A stretch of 64,000 nucleotides of DNA, from NCBI GenBank assembly GCA_030141605.1, contig JAQGDQ010000245.1:1-64000 (forward strand), in the 5' to 3' direction. A model generated the notes under the pieces. It made no database searches. It saw nothing but the letters and a program-made list of their open reading frames with translations, and was not told the origin of the DNA. The translations under genes and the position numbers were made by a program. This document shows, piece by piece, positions 1 through 11,954 of this stretch (position 1 is its first letter; each line of letters opens with the position of its first letter). Source of the DNA: Tubiluchus corallicola. Lineage: Eukaryota > Animalia > Priapulida.

Positions 1-994
1 TACCTCTTTGAGGGAGGATTTATACGTAAGACACTTATTTACCTCTTTGAGGGAGGATTTATACGTAAGATACCTATTTACCCTCTTTGATTCAGGATTT
101 ATACGTGAGTAGGACACCTATTTACCTCTTTGAGGGAGGATTTATACGTAAGTGAGACGCCTATTTCTCTCTTTGAAGGAGGATTTATACGTGAGTAGGA
201 CACCTATTTACCTCTTTGAGGGAGGATTTATACGTAAGTGAGACGCCTATTTCTCTCTTTGAAGGAGGATTTATACGTGAGTAGGACACCTATTTACCTC
301 TTTGAGGGAGGATTTATACGTAAGTGAGACGCCTATTTCTCTCTTTGAAGGAGGATTTATACGTGAGTAGGACACCTATTTACCTCTTTGAGGGAGGATT
401 TATACGTAAGTGAGACGCCTATTTATCTCTTTGAAGGACGATTTATACGTGAGTAGGACACCTATTTACCTCTTTGAGGGCGGATTTATACGTGAGTAAG
501 GCACCTATTTATCTCTTTGAGGGAGGATTTATACGTGAGTAGGACACATTTATCTCTTTGAGGGAGGATTTATGCGTGAGTAAGACACTTATTTACTTCT
601 TTGAGGAAGGATTTATACGTGAGTAAAACACATTTATCTCTTTGAGGAAGGATTTATACGTGAGTAAGACACCTATTTCGTTGGTTCATTTATTATATTA
701 GTGATCGCCAGGAAAGTGCTCGTGAAAGGGTTTACCTCTTTGAGGGAGGATTTATACGTAAGTGAGACACCTATGTACCTCTTTGAGGGTGGATTTATGC
801 GTGAGTAAGGCACCTATTTATCTCTTTGAGGGAGGATTTATATGTGAGTAAGGCACCTATTTACCTCTTTGAGGGCGGATTTATACGTGAGTAAGACACC
901 TATTTACTTCTTTGAGGGCGGATTTATACGTGAGTAAGACACCTATTTACTTCTTTGAGGGAGAATTTATACGTGAGTAAGACATGTATTTACC
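1..994. repeat. Minisatellite, ~43-bp unit (39 bp in the first copies), with one unique interruption at ~678-730
   Basis: About 20 copies of TTTACCTCTTTGAGGGAGGATTTATACGTGAGTAAGACACCTA. Unit starts at 121, 164 and 207 give a period of 43. Two variants alternate over ~121-465. The array runs off the window start. Confidence 0.95.
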
Positions 995-3900
995 ACTTCA
1001 GTGGCTCACTTTAAAGGATTATTTTTAATAATCAAATAGGTTCTTGTCTCACTAGAAACTTCTTTATGAAACAGCCTTTCTATTGTTTGCAAAGTCCGGA
1101 ACTGTACAAATATAAAAATGGCTTCTTATAAATTATTACTTATCTATGATCATCCTAATTTATTTATTTCTCACTTTAAACTACATCTGCCATGCTTACA
1201 CCATTAATTAGCTTTACAGCTATGACTGAGCTATGTATCGTCAAATGTTCTACGTGTGCTTGCACATTTTTGCATATGTTAGTTAATGATCGCTAAATTT
1301 TTCATTAGTCAGCATGTAAGGCGAAAATACCATTGGAGGTTTTAAAAAATAAAATATATATACTTTTAGAGTTTCTAAACGTTTATGTAACACTGCATCA
1401 CGTAACAGTTCAGGTATCAACGTCTGTCCTTGAGGTGCAATATGTGGAAACTTATCGCAGTTTTGTGCTTTCATTAAGTATAACTTGTGTCAAATTTTTG
1501 TAGAGGCCAAAACATGCATTGGCAGTGTTTTAAAAAGTTTCCGACGTTGTTTCGTATTTTTAGTTTCTAAAGATTTCCCAAAGTGACTGCTTCCTTATTT
1601 TGGGTTAATTTTGTAAAAAATCGTTGTGAAATTGCACTGTATGATAGATCGTAGATGACAACAAGAATTATGAAAAATAAATTCAAGCTATTCAGGTGTA
1701 AACGAGTAAATTGGCTTAGATTTTAAGGTAAGTAACAAAAAAAACTTTGAGAAAACCTTGTTCGTAGACTGGTTTATATATGTGCACACAATATATATAT
1801 TGTTCCACAACAATCAAATAACACCTGGACGACTTGCTACCATCACGTGCTTCACGAACTCTGTTTGGTGTTCTTATTGAACGAGGGGATTAGAAAAATG
1901 AATATGGCTGCTGTACTTTTCAGAAGGACAAACGATGGGCAGCTGTTAATCAAAATAATCACAGTATGATATAAAATGCCCACTCTCCAAGTGACTTGCC
2001 TTTACAGTTACTAATCCTGGGCAGCCACTTGGAGCCACTGCAAAAGCCATCTACTGGGAGAGAAGTGCTCAAGGTTTTATCTGTTTCAGACTGTTGTATG
2101 GGTCTAGCTGTGATATCAAGGTTGATCTCCTCAGATTTGTTTGGATGGAAATAAATGTACAAAAGTCGGATAAACGTATTAGCTTTTGCGTTTGCGTATG
2201 AATTAGCCGAAAACTATTAATAGTCAAATTGCAGAAAATTATTAATAAAATGACACGCATATTTACAAAGACTGTCTAAAGCTGAAATAGCTGCATGTGA
2301 GTATATGAGCTACACTGTATGCCAACTTATTACGTGCAATGTCAACGTCATATTGGTAACGTACAATATTGGTAATACAACGTCATACAAACCAACTTTT
2401 TTAAAGATAACTTTAACAAATAAGTATTTACGACAACTTGAGTTGCCAGTTCAGCATCACATTTTAAAGAATTATTATTCATAATGAACTAGGTACCTGT
2501 CCTGTTCACAACTATTGAATTAGTGGCATTGCTGTTACAAATATTGGTAGTGCACAGAATTATAACTATTATATTAACTCTTGAGCTATACTGTTCCCTG
2601 GTCCTGTAATCAACAACCATGTTTTTATTTCAATTTGAATACTCGAATGGCCTACTCTTGAATGGCTTTTGTCGCATTACGTGAAATTACGTACCTGAAA
2701 ACACTTTGAATAAGTTTAACAGGAACATGTTAAATTTCTCTAGATTATCAAAAATCCTGCATTACAATGCTGCACCTGTAAGGTTTCCAATAATTTACTT
2801 TACTTCCCAGCATGTCACTTCCCACCTAAATTGTTATTTGTTTGACATAAGTGTTACATATAGATTATGTATTTTGTAATTACGTAAAAAATCGGTACTA
2901 ACGTGAACTAGCGTATAACCTAATGTGAATTAATCCTGTAAACCAATTTGTTATAGCCCTATTTCTTTATAATTTTTGATGTATTTTCTAGCTGAGTACA
3001 AGCTGAACAAGCTGAGTACAATGGCCTTACTATGTTTTTAAGTATTTTGGTTTTAAGGCACGGACTCGATCAGAACGTTAATTAATCGTTCATTCGTTTC
3101 TTACTATTAGTATTTTCTACGCATGATTTCTACAAAAAATTCTTATATACAGATGTTGGAACACACAACAAAAACACTTAAAAATAGCAATTTTTGCTAT
3201 TTCTCCATCTACTGATGAGTACCAGACGCTGAATTTCAGCTTGCAGTCTGTCAAACTAAAATAAAATCGTTACAAATTGACATCTCTGTTGGCTTCCAAT
3301 AGGTTTTAATGCTGGGCAACTTAACTGGCATTTGGCACCAAACAATGCAAATGCTTTTTAAATAGATTTGAATAAACTTTATTCAGCCAGGTTGTCCATA
3401 CCGTACACAACTCCAGACACAAGGAGTCATCAAGTGGAACCTGACCAGGATTCGGATCCCGGCGCTTCTCTAGTGGCAACAAGTGGGAGTAGTGTGCTTC
3501 TAATTTATTACGCTCTGGCTGCCTGACAAATACAAAACTTGTGAACAAATTATACCTTCAACAAGTTTGGTTTAAAGACTAGTAATAGATAAAATACGCC
3601 TTGTGCATTGTGCGAGTTTTATCATTAAACATGTGGTGACCGCCTATTACTCGTGCGACTGTTGCTAGCATGTTTTGTACGGACATTTTTCTCAATAACG
3701 TGTCTTTTTTTCAAAAATAAAATTCGAAAAAGCCTTTGCAGCTTCATTTAACGAACCTCGTATTTATGAGTTTGTTGTAATTGATTAATTAAATGGCTGT
3801 TTAGTCAAAGCGCCAATCAAGCATGTACGCTTGCATTGCTTTAGGCTTCGCCTCTATTACACGCTTGAACAAGCGAATAACCTATTAGCACAAACTGCTC

Positions 3901-4452
3901 AAGGCATATTATAAGATTATAAATAATCCTTCATGCCAGTGCTAAGGAGCATTTGTTCATTCTCCTACTGCAGTACTATGCTGAAGCTGAAATACCAGTG
4001 CTAGTGTTGCCAGCCTGTGGTGAGACATTTTTGCAGTGGATGGTGACAGTGATCACGAGAAAAAATATTAATTTCTTCCATTTCACACATACATAACTTT
4101 CTCATTAGATTTTCCTGAAAACTTGAACTCGAAATTTTCGCTGATTTTTTGACAAGAGCTATGTGGAGTGCGTCTTATGCATCAGTATATTTTTCTGGTT
4201 CTGTAATCTATCTTTTTTTTGCTTCAGCTGCAAGAACGCCTATCCTTGTTCTAGGTGATTTGCAAGTATTTCGAAAATACAAATAACCTTTCAGAGACTC
4301 GGAGCTTCATGAGCACCTATCAATAAATTTGTATAAGCATCATACATTTTGTTGAGCAGCATTAATTCTTTATCTTATCCGTTACGGGGACGCTCACCTC
4401 AATTAACTCACTCACTTTAAGGGTAGTCCTGTGTGTCACGAACTTAACCTAC

Positions 4453-7400
4453 CTGCTTCCTGCGCATACTGAAGTATGGAGGTCAAGTAAGATTCTGGGT
4501 TACATGTCTCATCTGCATTTACATCCATGCAAATGCTGTCCTTTTTCGTTTTGCTTCCACACAGATAAGCAGTAGCAGCTGCAGCAGACTCTCCCACCTG
4601 GTTGTTAACATTATATGTCTGGAAATACAGTTAATGCATATTAATTGATGCATGGGTTCGCTCACTTTTTCTGTCCATGTTTGGGCAACGTAGAGGTCCA
4701 AAGTTCACGAAGATTATTTGTTATTTTTGTAATCTTGCTAAAGTCTGGATCATATTTATTTGCAGTGGATATATTACTGGAGGCAAAGGAAGCTAAAGAA
4801 TTCTCGTCTCTGTTTCATTTGCGGTCTAGATTTCAGCAAGAGCTAGGCTACTGCAACGTCCTGACCGCGTTTTCACGCTAGTTGGTACAAATCGATTTAG
4901 TTTTGTCTAGAATGCATAGTAAGAAACTAATAAACAAATACAATTGCTAAACATAGATAAAAGATTGAACTACTTTGTTACTCAAATGACAAAATTGCTC
5001 GTAACATGTAACGTATTTACGAAAATCATTTGGACGAAAATTTCTAAATATTTGTATAAGCTATAACATTCAGCTGTCGGGGTAAACTGACACTGGAAGA
5101 TGCCAGTCGTAACTGTCATTTAAATATGCATCAGTCGCATAACAAGATATTATATAACAAAGTAACTTAAAGGGGAAAGAAAAGGCAATTTTAGGCAGTT
5201 TTAAACTTAACGTATGTCCCAAAAATCTGTCCAGATAGTGGTACTATTTTGCATTACTCTTACTTGTTTGGAAAACTTATATAATTGTAAAACAAAATTC
5301 TTAGTAGTTTAAAATGCTCGTCCTAACTGGTAAAACGTCACTGAGTCTCCTTCCCAGTGTGCACCACAGGCTCACCGAAAATCATATTATGAATCTTATT
5401 GACAGGATAAAGCGCTCTACGAATGCTCTGATTAATTTTTCAAACTTTACTCAATGTTATCTAAATTTATTTCAAGCTACCTACCATCAAAACGGCTGCG
5501 CTTAAGGGTCATCGCGGGAGTTGAAATTTTCAAGTTTTATACAGGGTTGCTGTTAATGCAAGCTCCGTACGCAATAAGGCAGTACGTATGTGATACAAAA
5601 TTCCAAGGCAAATTTTTAAGCATTATATAAGTAAAGTTTTTTTGTACTTTCAATGTGATTTTTTGGTACAGGCACTACTTGATTGTGGTAATAATTGTTG
5701 AATGTAAGTGATGACTAACTAATCTCTGCAACTATATTATAACTGAAGATCTACGCAAGTTAAATGCAGTTTAAGCAAAAGGCGAAGCAGAATCTTAAAA
5801 ACCTTCACTTAGTCTTATCAGCAAAAATAATAGAGCAAATTAGTGTCAATTTAAAGAGTGTTAAAAAGACAACTCATGGATGCGCATGTAGTAGTAGTAG
5901 TAGTAGTAGTATAAGTTGGCGTGTCTTTGAGGTTTTCCACGATGATCGAGTCACCAAAGTACCAAATCTTCAGTCGCAAACTTGTGAATTTATTGTGATA
6001 TAGTTTTGGGTCGATTTCTACGGTCCATTACGTTTAGATAGCACCGAATAATTGTAAGGTAATTTTTGTGTGAGCAAGTTGCTAAGTTGTTGTGATTATA
6101 TGATGCGCATAATGAAGAAGAACGGAAGAATACTAATTAACGAATTTAATGCTAGACAACCTCATTACCCTGATAGCCTACATGTGTACTTTTGGACCAA
6201 AGAGTTGACTTAACCTGAGAATTTGGATAAGAGACGACTAAGATCAGATGGCTTAAGTGAAAACCTATTACCAAATGCTGAAAAATGCTGGATTGCGATG
6301 GTACACGCTGAGGTACACCCCAATACTATCAGGATAAAAGTTTTGTAGCTTATCTTTAGATCGACCTATATTATATTGAGGGTGTGAAGGTGCGTGTTCG
6401 TTCTGCATTTTTTTGGCAAAGTAGTTATTGCATTATGTCTATTACGCTAAAAAGTCAATTTAATTTATTACATTTCTTTTTGACATGGTGCTAAGAAGGA
6501 GGAACTCTTGGGTTTTAGTTACTAGCTTTTCTAAGTGCAAACTGCTGTCGCACAGGTTTTGTTTTGAAAAACTATAAATACATTCTTTTTTGCATAATGC
6601 TAATCTGAGCTGGCCTTTGGTTCCTGCGTTCTGATGTTGGATTTTGTGCACCAATCTAGGTTCAAATACTTTATAAAGCATAATGGTTGCTTGGTCCTAT
6701 AATGTAGAATTTTGCTCAGCCTTCCAGTTCCAGAGACAAACGTTCGCAAATTGTAATTATGTTCAAAGCTATGGGGCATTTCAACTGTAATTTCGGTTAG
6801 CGTATTTGACAGTCAGAAGATCACGGTTCAACTCCTGTGGTGGGAAGTCAAAGTCGAACGACACGTTCCATCAGTTAGTGGTGACTCTACGCTCCATTAA
6901 TACACGTGAACAGTACATATAAAATATAGTCAAGTCACTTACTGCCTAATCATGATACTTTATGTATTCATTTATATTAAGCAAAATGTGTAGCCCAAGA
7001 AGATTATTAAAATTTAATTTACCTTTATTAAACCGACGTCTGGCCATTTATCAAAGGATAACTGCCACTCTTCTCCGGACTGTCCACGTTGCTGGCCAGC
7101 CAGAATTCTGCCAGCAGTAATGCTAGCCATTCCCATGCCATCTCCCATAAATAGGATTATATTCTTAGCTTTATTCACGTTTTTCTCGAAATGAACAATG
7201 TCCTTCAATGCCTGCCTGGCGCTTTTAAACCAAAATGCGCGATCTGTAAAGAAAAGTTAAGCCAATTTACTTGTGCAGTAAATTGCATATCTAGTATTCG
7301 GGGTTGATTTCGTTTATTAGTGTCTAATATACCAGTGTTGTTTACAAGTGAAGAAGGATAAAAATCATTTTGCCGCTGGTCTTATAATTTTGTTCTCTTA

Positions 7401-7821
7401 GTGAATGCTCCAATGGGCAAAATATTGCGCAGGAAATTTTTGCAGAATATTTTACTGGAATCTCGAGCGGATTGTATTTTTGCCACATTTCCGTATCCGA
7501 TTGTGATTTGTGTGCTCCATTGTGCCACGTTTATTATGGCAGATATGGCCTAGTCCGTTTTTTTTATTAAATATACTCACTTGAGTCACTAAAACCTTTT
7601 CTTTTTAAGAACGTGTATACTTATGAAGAACTTCAAAATGCAAATAGGGTTTTCTGGACTTAAACTAAAAAATGATTTTGTGTTTAAATAATCTATATTA
7701 TACAAGAATCATATAATCTGAAAGCTTTACCTTCTTCTGTGTTCAAAGGCGCAGCAGTGGTTGAGCTGACAAAACTAGACACGACATGTCCGATAACGAT
7801 AATCCAATAATGAACTCTCAT
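4453..7821 (-). CDS. Alkaline phosphatase, 5' part (3 exons; downstream exons not identified in window)
   Basis: Exon 7821-7731: MRVHYWIIVIGHVVSSFVSSTTAAPLNTEE, a signal peptide. Exon 7243-7023: DRAFWFKSARQAL...AKNIILFMGDGMGMASITAGRIL...GEEWQLSFDKWPDVGLIK. Exon 4618-4453: TYNVNNQVGESAAAATAYLCGSK...SILQYAQEAG. All introns are GT-AG with compatible phases (1, 0). The metal-ligand motif GDGMG and the catalytic Ser motif are present. Confidence 0.92.
6790..6850 (+). mobile_element. Degenerate tRNA-derived SINE-like head
   Basis: CGGTTAGCGT...GGTTCAACTCC resembles Pol III A/B boxes; no complete cloverleaf is evident. Confidence 0.35.
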
Positions 7822-10130
7822 TTCGACGATTTCATAAAGGAACTTTGTTGGTAGCAATTTAACAATAAATTGCGTTATTGCACTTGTATTGTAGTCTGTC
7901 ACCTATAAATGCCACGATATTAAGTGCATTACCTTTTCAGCGAAGACATCAAATAAATAGGACTTATATTACCGTAAATGAATAACTTTAATTAAGAGCA
8001 TATTCAAAATCATTATACTGTGTGAGCATCTCTGTTGCTGTATCTGGTGCTGTCCAAAAAATCTGATCTCGTGTCCAAATATTGCACTGATCCACTCTTG
8101 TTCGCACAATCTCAGCACGTGACACCCTAAAGCTCTATTTGCAATCTCTGGCGTCAACATGTACAATTTGAAATAAACAACAAACACAAGTTGCATTTCA
8201 TTCCCAGCTTACGTTACGATTCGCATCTGATCTGAGCTCACATTTTGCCTCATCATCGACAGCAGAAGTGAAACAGATTCGTGCAATCGTGTAAATGGTT
8301 AATTTCGCTAATTCGAAAACCATAAACCACAAAACCACGCCAAGTTGAAAGCAACTTGCACAATTGTTTAAATTTCAATGAAATATGTAGCACATCGTTT
8401 TTATTTTTCAAAAATTTTAGATGTGAAACTGTCATTACCCCAATTGAGTAGTTGCACGTTTTTCTCAGTGGTAGGCCTAAACCCAGACCGCAGTGAACAC
8501 TACACTCAAAACCACTTTTAAATGAGTTTCTTAAACCAAGCCAAGGTTAAGTAAATTTAGAAACTTGTTGTAGTTATTTAAATAGGTATATATAACCGGC
8601 AACAAAGAACAATTCTAATATTTTTAATAGCAACAATAATTTTGCGGTGCAGGCAACGCAGCCTAAGCGCTCGTGAAAATGCACATCGTGGAGGAGTCAC
8701 TTGTTAATAAACGTTTCTTTAACCGCAATAACCAATGCTTTTGCACCTGTTTTAAAACTTGCTACAGAAAAAAGTAATATATTTTTGTGTTTAACATTGT
8801 CTCATTGATTTAAACAGTAACGCAAACCAATCTTTAACACACGCGGTTATTTTCCTGTTGAATACAACGTATAACAACAATTGTGTTACATGTATCATGC
8901 TGCTAGTCACCCAACATAATGGTCCTTTCACACATGATGCGGTAGCCACAATTAGTAGTAGTTGTATGGTGGCTGCATGATCCTTCTAAGCATTAGTCAA
9001 CATGTATTCGAATAACAAATAGTTGTGTCAGTTCCTGAACTTTCTGTGCCTCGCCTAAATAGTTTTGAAATCGGATCATCCGCGTTAAGTGCAAATGGCG
9101 GGGATAAGGCCAGTCTAACGGCAGTAGTGATTAATGATTGCAAAAAACTGTACATGTTCTTTCTTGTTTTCTTTTTTCTATTGACACTTATTTAGAATGC
9201 TTTTACTTTTCCAGCTTGTGCTGAACAGTGTGTTTTTCAGCCTACTTGTGAATGCTTAATTGACGCTAATCTAGTTAAAAATCTTATCGATTGTTAAAAT
9301 GTGTGTTTTAATGCTTTGATTCACTTGTACCTGCACTGCTTAGAGACTTGTATCAGTTGTAACTGTTTTGTCAATCTACTTTAACCAAATAAAGATTATA
9401 TATCACCTGGCCTCAAAAAATCAGTTTGCGATAAATTCTGGTGATACATTTATTTTAAATTCTGGTGATACCTTTTTCTTCTAAGTGTTGATGATAATAC
9501 TCTTGTGCTCGGTCGTAATTAATTGCTTGAAAGTTATAAAAATGCTATTTTTTCTGAGACTTGTAAGTCACTTCTGACTGATCTTTTATACATAAGATAT
9601 AATAACTGCAAGGAGTCACTTGCTTAGATTGCTTTGTTTTTTTGTCAGTAGATGTCAGCACGTTATTCATACTGTCTATTACTCATGACAGTTTTTTGCA
9701 GTAGTGTTGCCATTTTATTTGTTGAACTAAGAGGGGAAAAGCTAGAGCACCTCTGATTAATTATTTAATTATTTGCATGCTACTTTAGCCTACCTTATGT
9801 GGAAATTAGAAAACACATTTGGAAAAATTACATTACATATATTATATTCAGTTTTATTATATCCCAGTTTAACTTCTGTTGGCATGAATTCACCTTTAAT
9901 CTTTAACAACTCACTCACCGCCAGGGATTCATTAAAAGCTGTGCTCAAATTTGGTACAGCAAGCAAGTTGATTGCCCAACCAATTACAGTTCTTAACCTA
10001 GTCGTAACAAACCTTTGAATTTGAACCAGCCACTCAATGTCATGGATTCATTTATTAAAATCTGCCCAAGTGAGATTGCCCAGTTACAGTTTTTGAGTTG
10101 TAACGCACATGTCTTAATTAATATTTATAA

Positions 10131-10264
<134 letters not shown>

Positions 10265-10269
10265 GGTCT

Positions 10270-10550
10270 AAACCCACGATTGATTGAATTTTGAAATCAA
10301 ACTTAAAAAAACAGGAAATGTAAAAAAACTGAAACACTGTCCGAAAACAGCTTAGATTTCAACCAAGAACCTAAATGAGTGGACTGTTGTTATAGCTGGG
10401 AAGCATATTCTATTCTCGGCCATATAGTCTAGCGGTTATGGCGTTTAGCTGTAAGTATTAAGCTCAATGGTTCAAATCTAGGCTGTTTCCAAATTTTTCA
10501 CATTTTCTATTTGCAAGTTTGGTTTCAAAATTCAATTATTTGTGGGTTTG
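10270..10550. mobile_element. Inverted (head-to-head) pair of tRNA-derived SINE-like copies
   Basis: The right copy has A box TAGTCTAGCGG and B box GGTTCAAATC, followed by ...GTTTGGTTTCAAAATTCAATTATTTGTGGGTTT. The left arm AAACCCACGATTGATTGAATTTTGAAATCAAAC...AACAGCTTAGATTTCAACCA is its approximate reverse complement. A related copy lies at 62455-62577. Confidence 0.65.
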
Positions 10551-11751
10551 TGCCTGTCTATTTAAAACATACAATGGAAAAGTAACATTAATGTATTTAA
10601 GTAATTAGATACCCGTACATTTAGTGTGCAAAACGCCGTCTTACGGGAATGTTACCAAAGTTGAAAAGATTCTCGATTTTAATCAAAATGTGTATAATGC
10701 CGTAATTTGGTTTAACTGCTAACTTGATATAAGTTACTTTATACAGAGTGTCAGGTGAAACGGTCAGAAGCAATTTTCATAGTGGTCACCCATCTATTTA
10801 CTAACCAGATGCAGTGTATAATTCGACTGCAATTAGTCCCAATTCCAGAAATTTAAATGCAGTGTGTACATGATTCCAGAAATTTACTTTAACTAATCTG
10901 ACGGTAGTAATTAGACGAGATTTTTTACACCATTCGGCACATCGTATTCAGCGGCAGGCCCATCTTATTATGGTAATGACTGCGGCAGGACCACAACCTA
11001 TCACATTACCACGTTAATCTTCTAAAATGAAATAAATAATGAGCCAACAGAGGTAGTCATGCCAGGGATGCGTGTACATCCTACGGGTGCAGTTCGGCAA
11101 AAGCAAATTTTCCTAGCGCCGAGCGGTCATACATCCATTTACTTGTCAGTCCATACGTTGCTTAACGTTATCACCAAGGTTACACCACAACTACTTAATT
11201 ATACGTTTTTTATTTTCCAAATGGCATATTTCAAGTTGCAGTTTTGTGTAGGTACAAAACGCAACATTTCTAAATATTCAACGTGCACACAACAACCACC
11301 ATTTGCGTCGTTAATCAGCTACATCTAACTCTCGCCATAAGCTTGCTCATCGGAAACAAATCAAACTACAGCCTAATTATTTGAAAGTTAATGGTTGAGA
11401 ACTAAATTAAACTGACAAGGAATTACGAATAGCCTCTTAACTGCAAGCATAAATCGACCCGATTATCATAATTTTTATTTCAATGGCGTTATTATTTTCT
11501 ACTCATGTCTAAAAAAATAACACAATGCTTTATACGCGTAGTAGGCTTAATAATCAGTAAGTGCATGTAATTTTCTTGAAAATTCAGGGCAATTGGTCAA
11601 TTCTAGTTTTATCATTTGTTTTAAGAGTTCAGATAAAGATAAAAATGAACTGCTTCACAATTTTCAGATTCGTTTTTCTCGTAGTGATCCCCTTCACGTA
11701 ATTTCTATATATACATACATATATATATATATGTATATATACATATATATA

Positions 11752-11836
11752 TTAACACTTTCCTATCAATTAAACGTCGTTCAGAATGTTTAAAAACACA
11801 AACTGCGTTGGTGTATCTACTAGTTCATTGAGGTTC

Positions 11837-11890
<54 letters not shown>

Positions 11891-11954
11891 TACACCAACG
11901 CAGTTTGTGTTTTTAAACATTCTGAACGACGTTTAATTGATAGGAAAGTGTTAA
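11752..11954. mobile_element. piggyBac-type MITE (TTAA ends, perfect 68-bp inverted arms, (TA)n core)
   Basis: 11752-11819 is the exact reverse complement of 11887-11954. The element begins TTAA-CACTTT and ends AAAGTG-TTAA. Confidence 0.75.

Noticed and set aside
1-994. CRISPR array
   Set aside because: The units are contiguous with no unique spacers, there are no cas genes, and the context is eukaryotic.
2495-2605. Exon-like segment with CTTNICN (Ly6-like) or SIAQELI (ALP-like)
   Set aside because: These are short chance-level matches with no supporting Cys pattern, and the ALP-like frame stops immediately.
3975-4020. AGNTSTGI on the - strand as the next ALP exon
   Set aside because: It is in the wrong phase relative to exon 3, hits a stop within a few codons, and lacks the HAxP motif.
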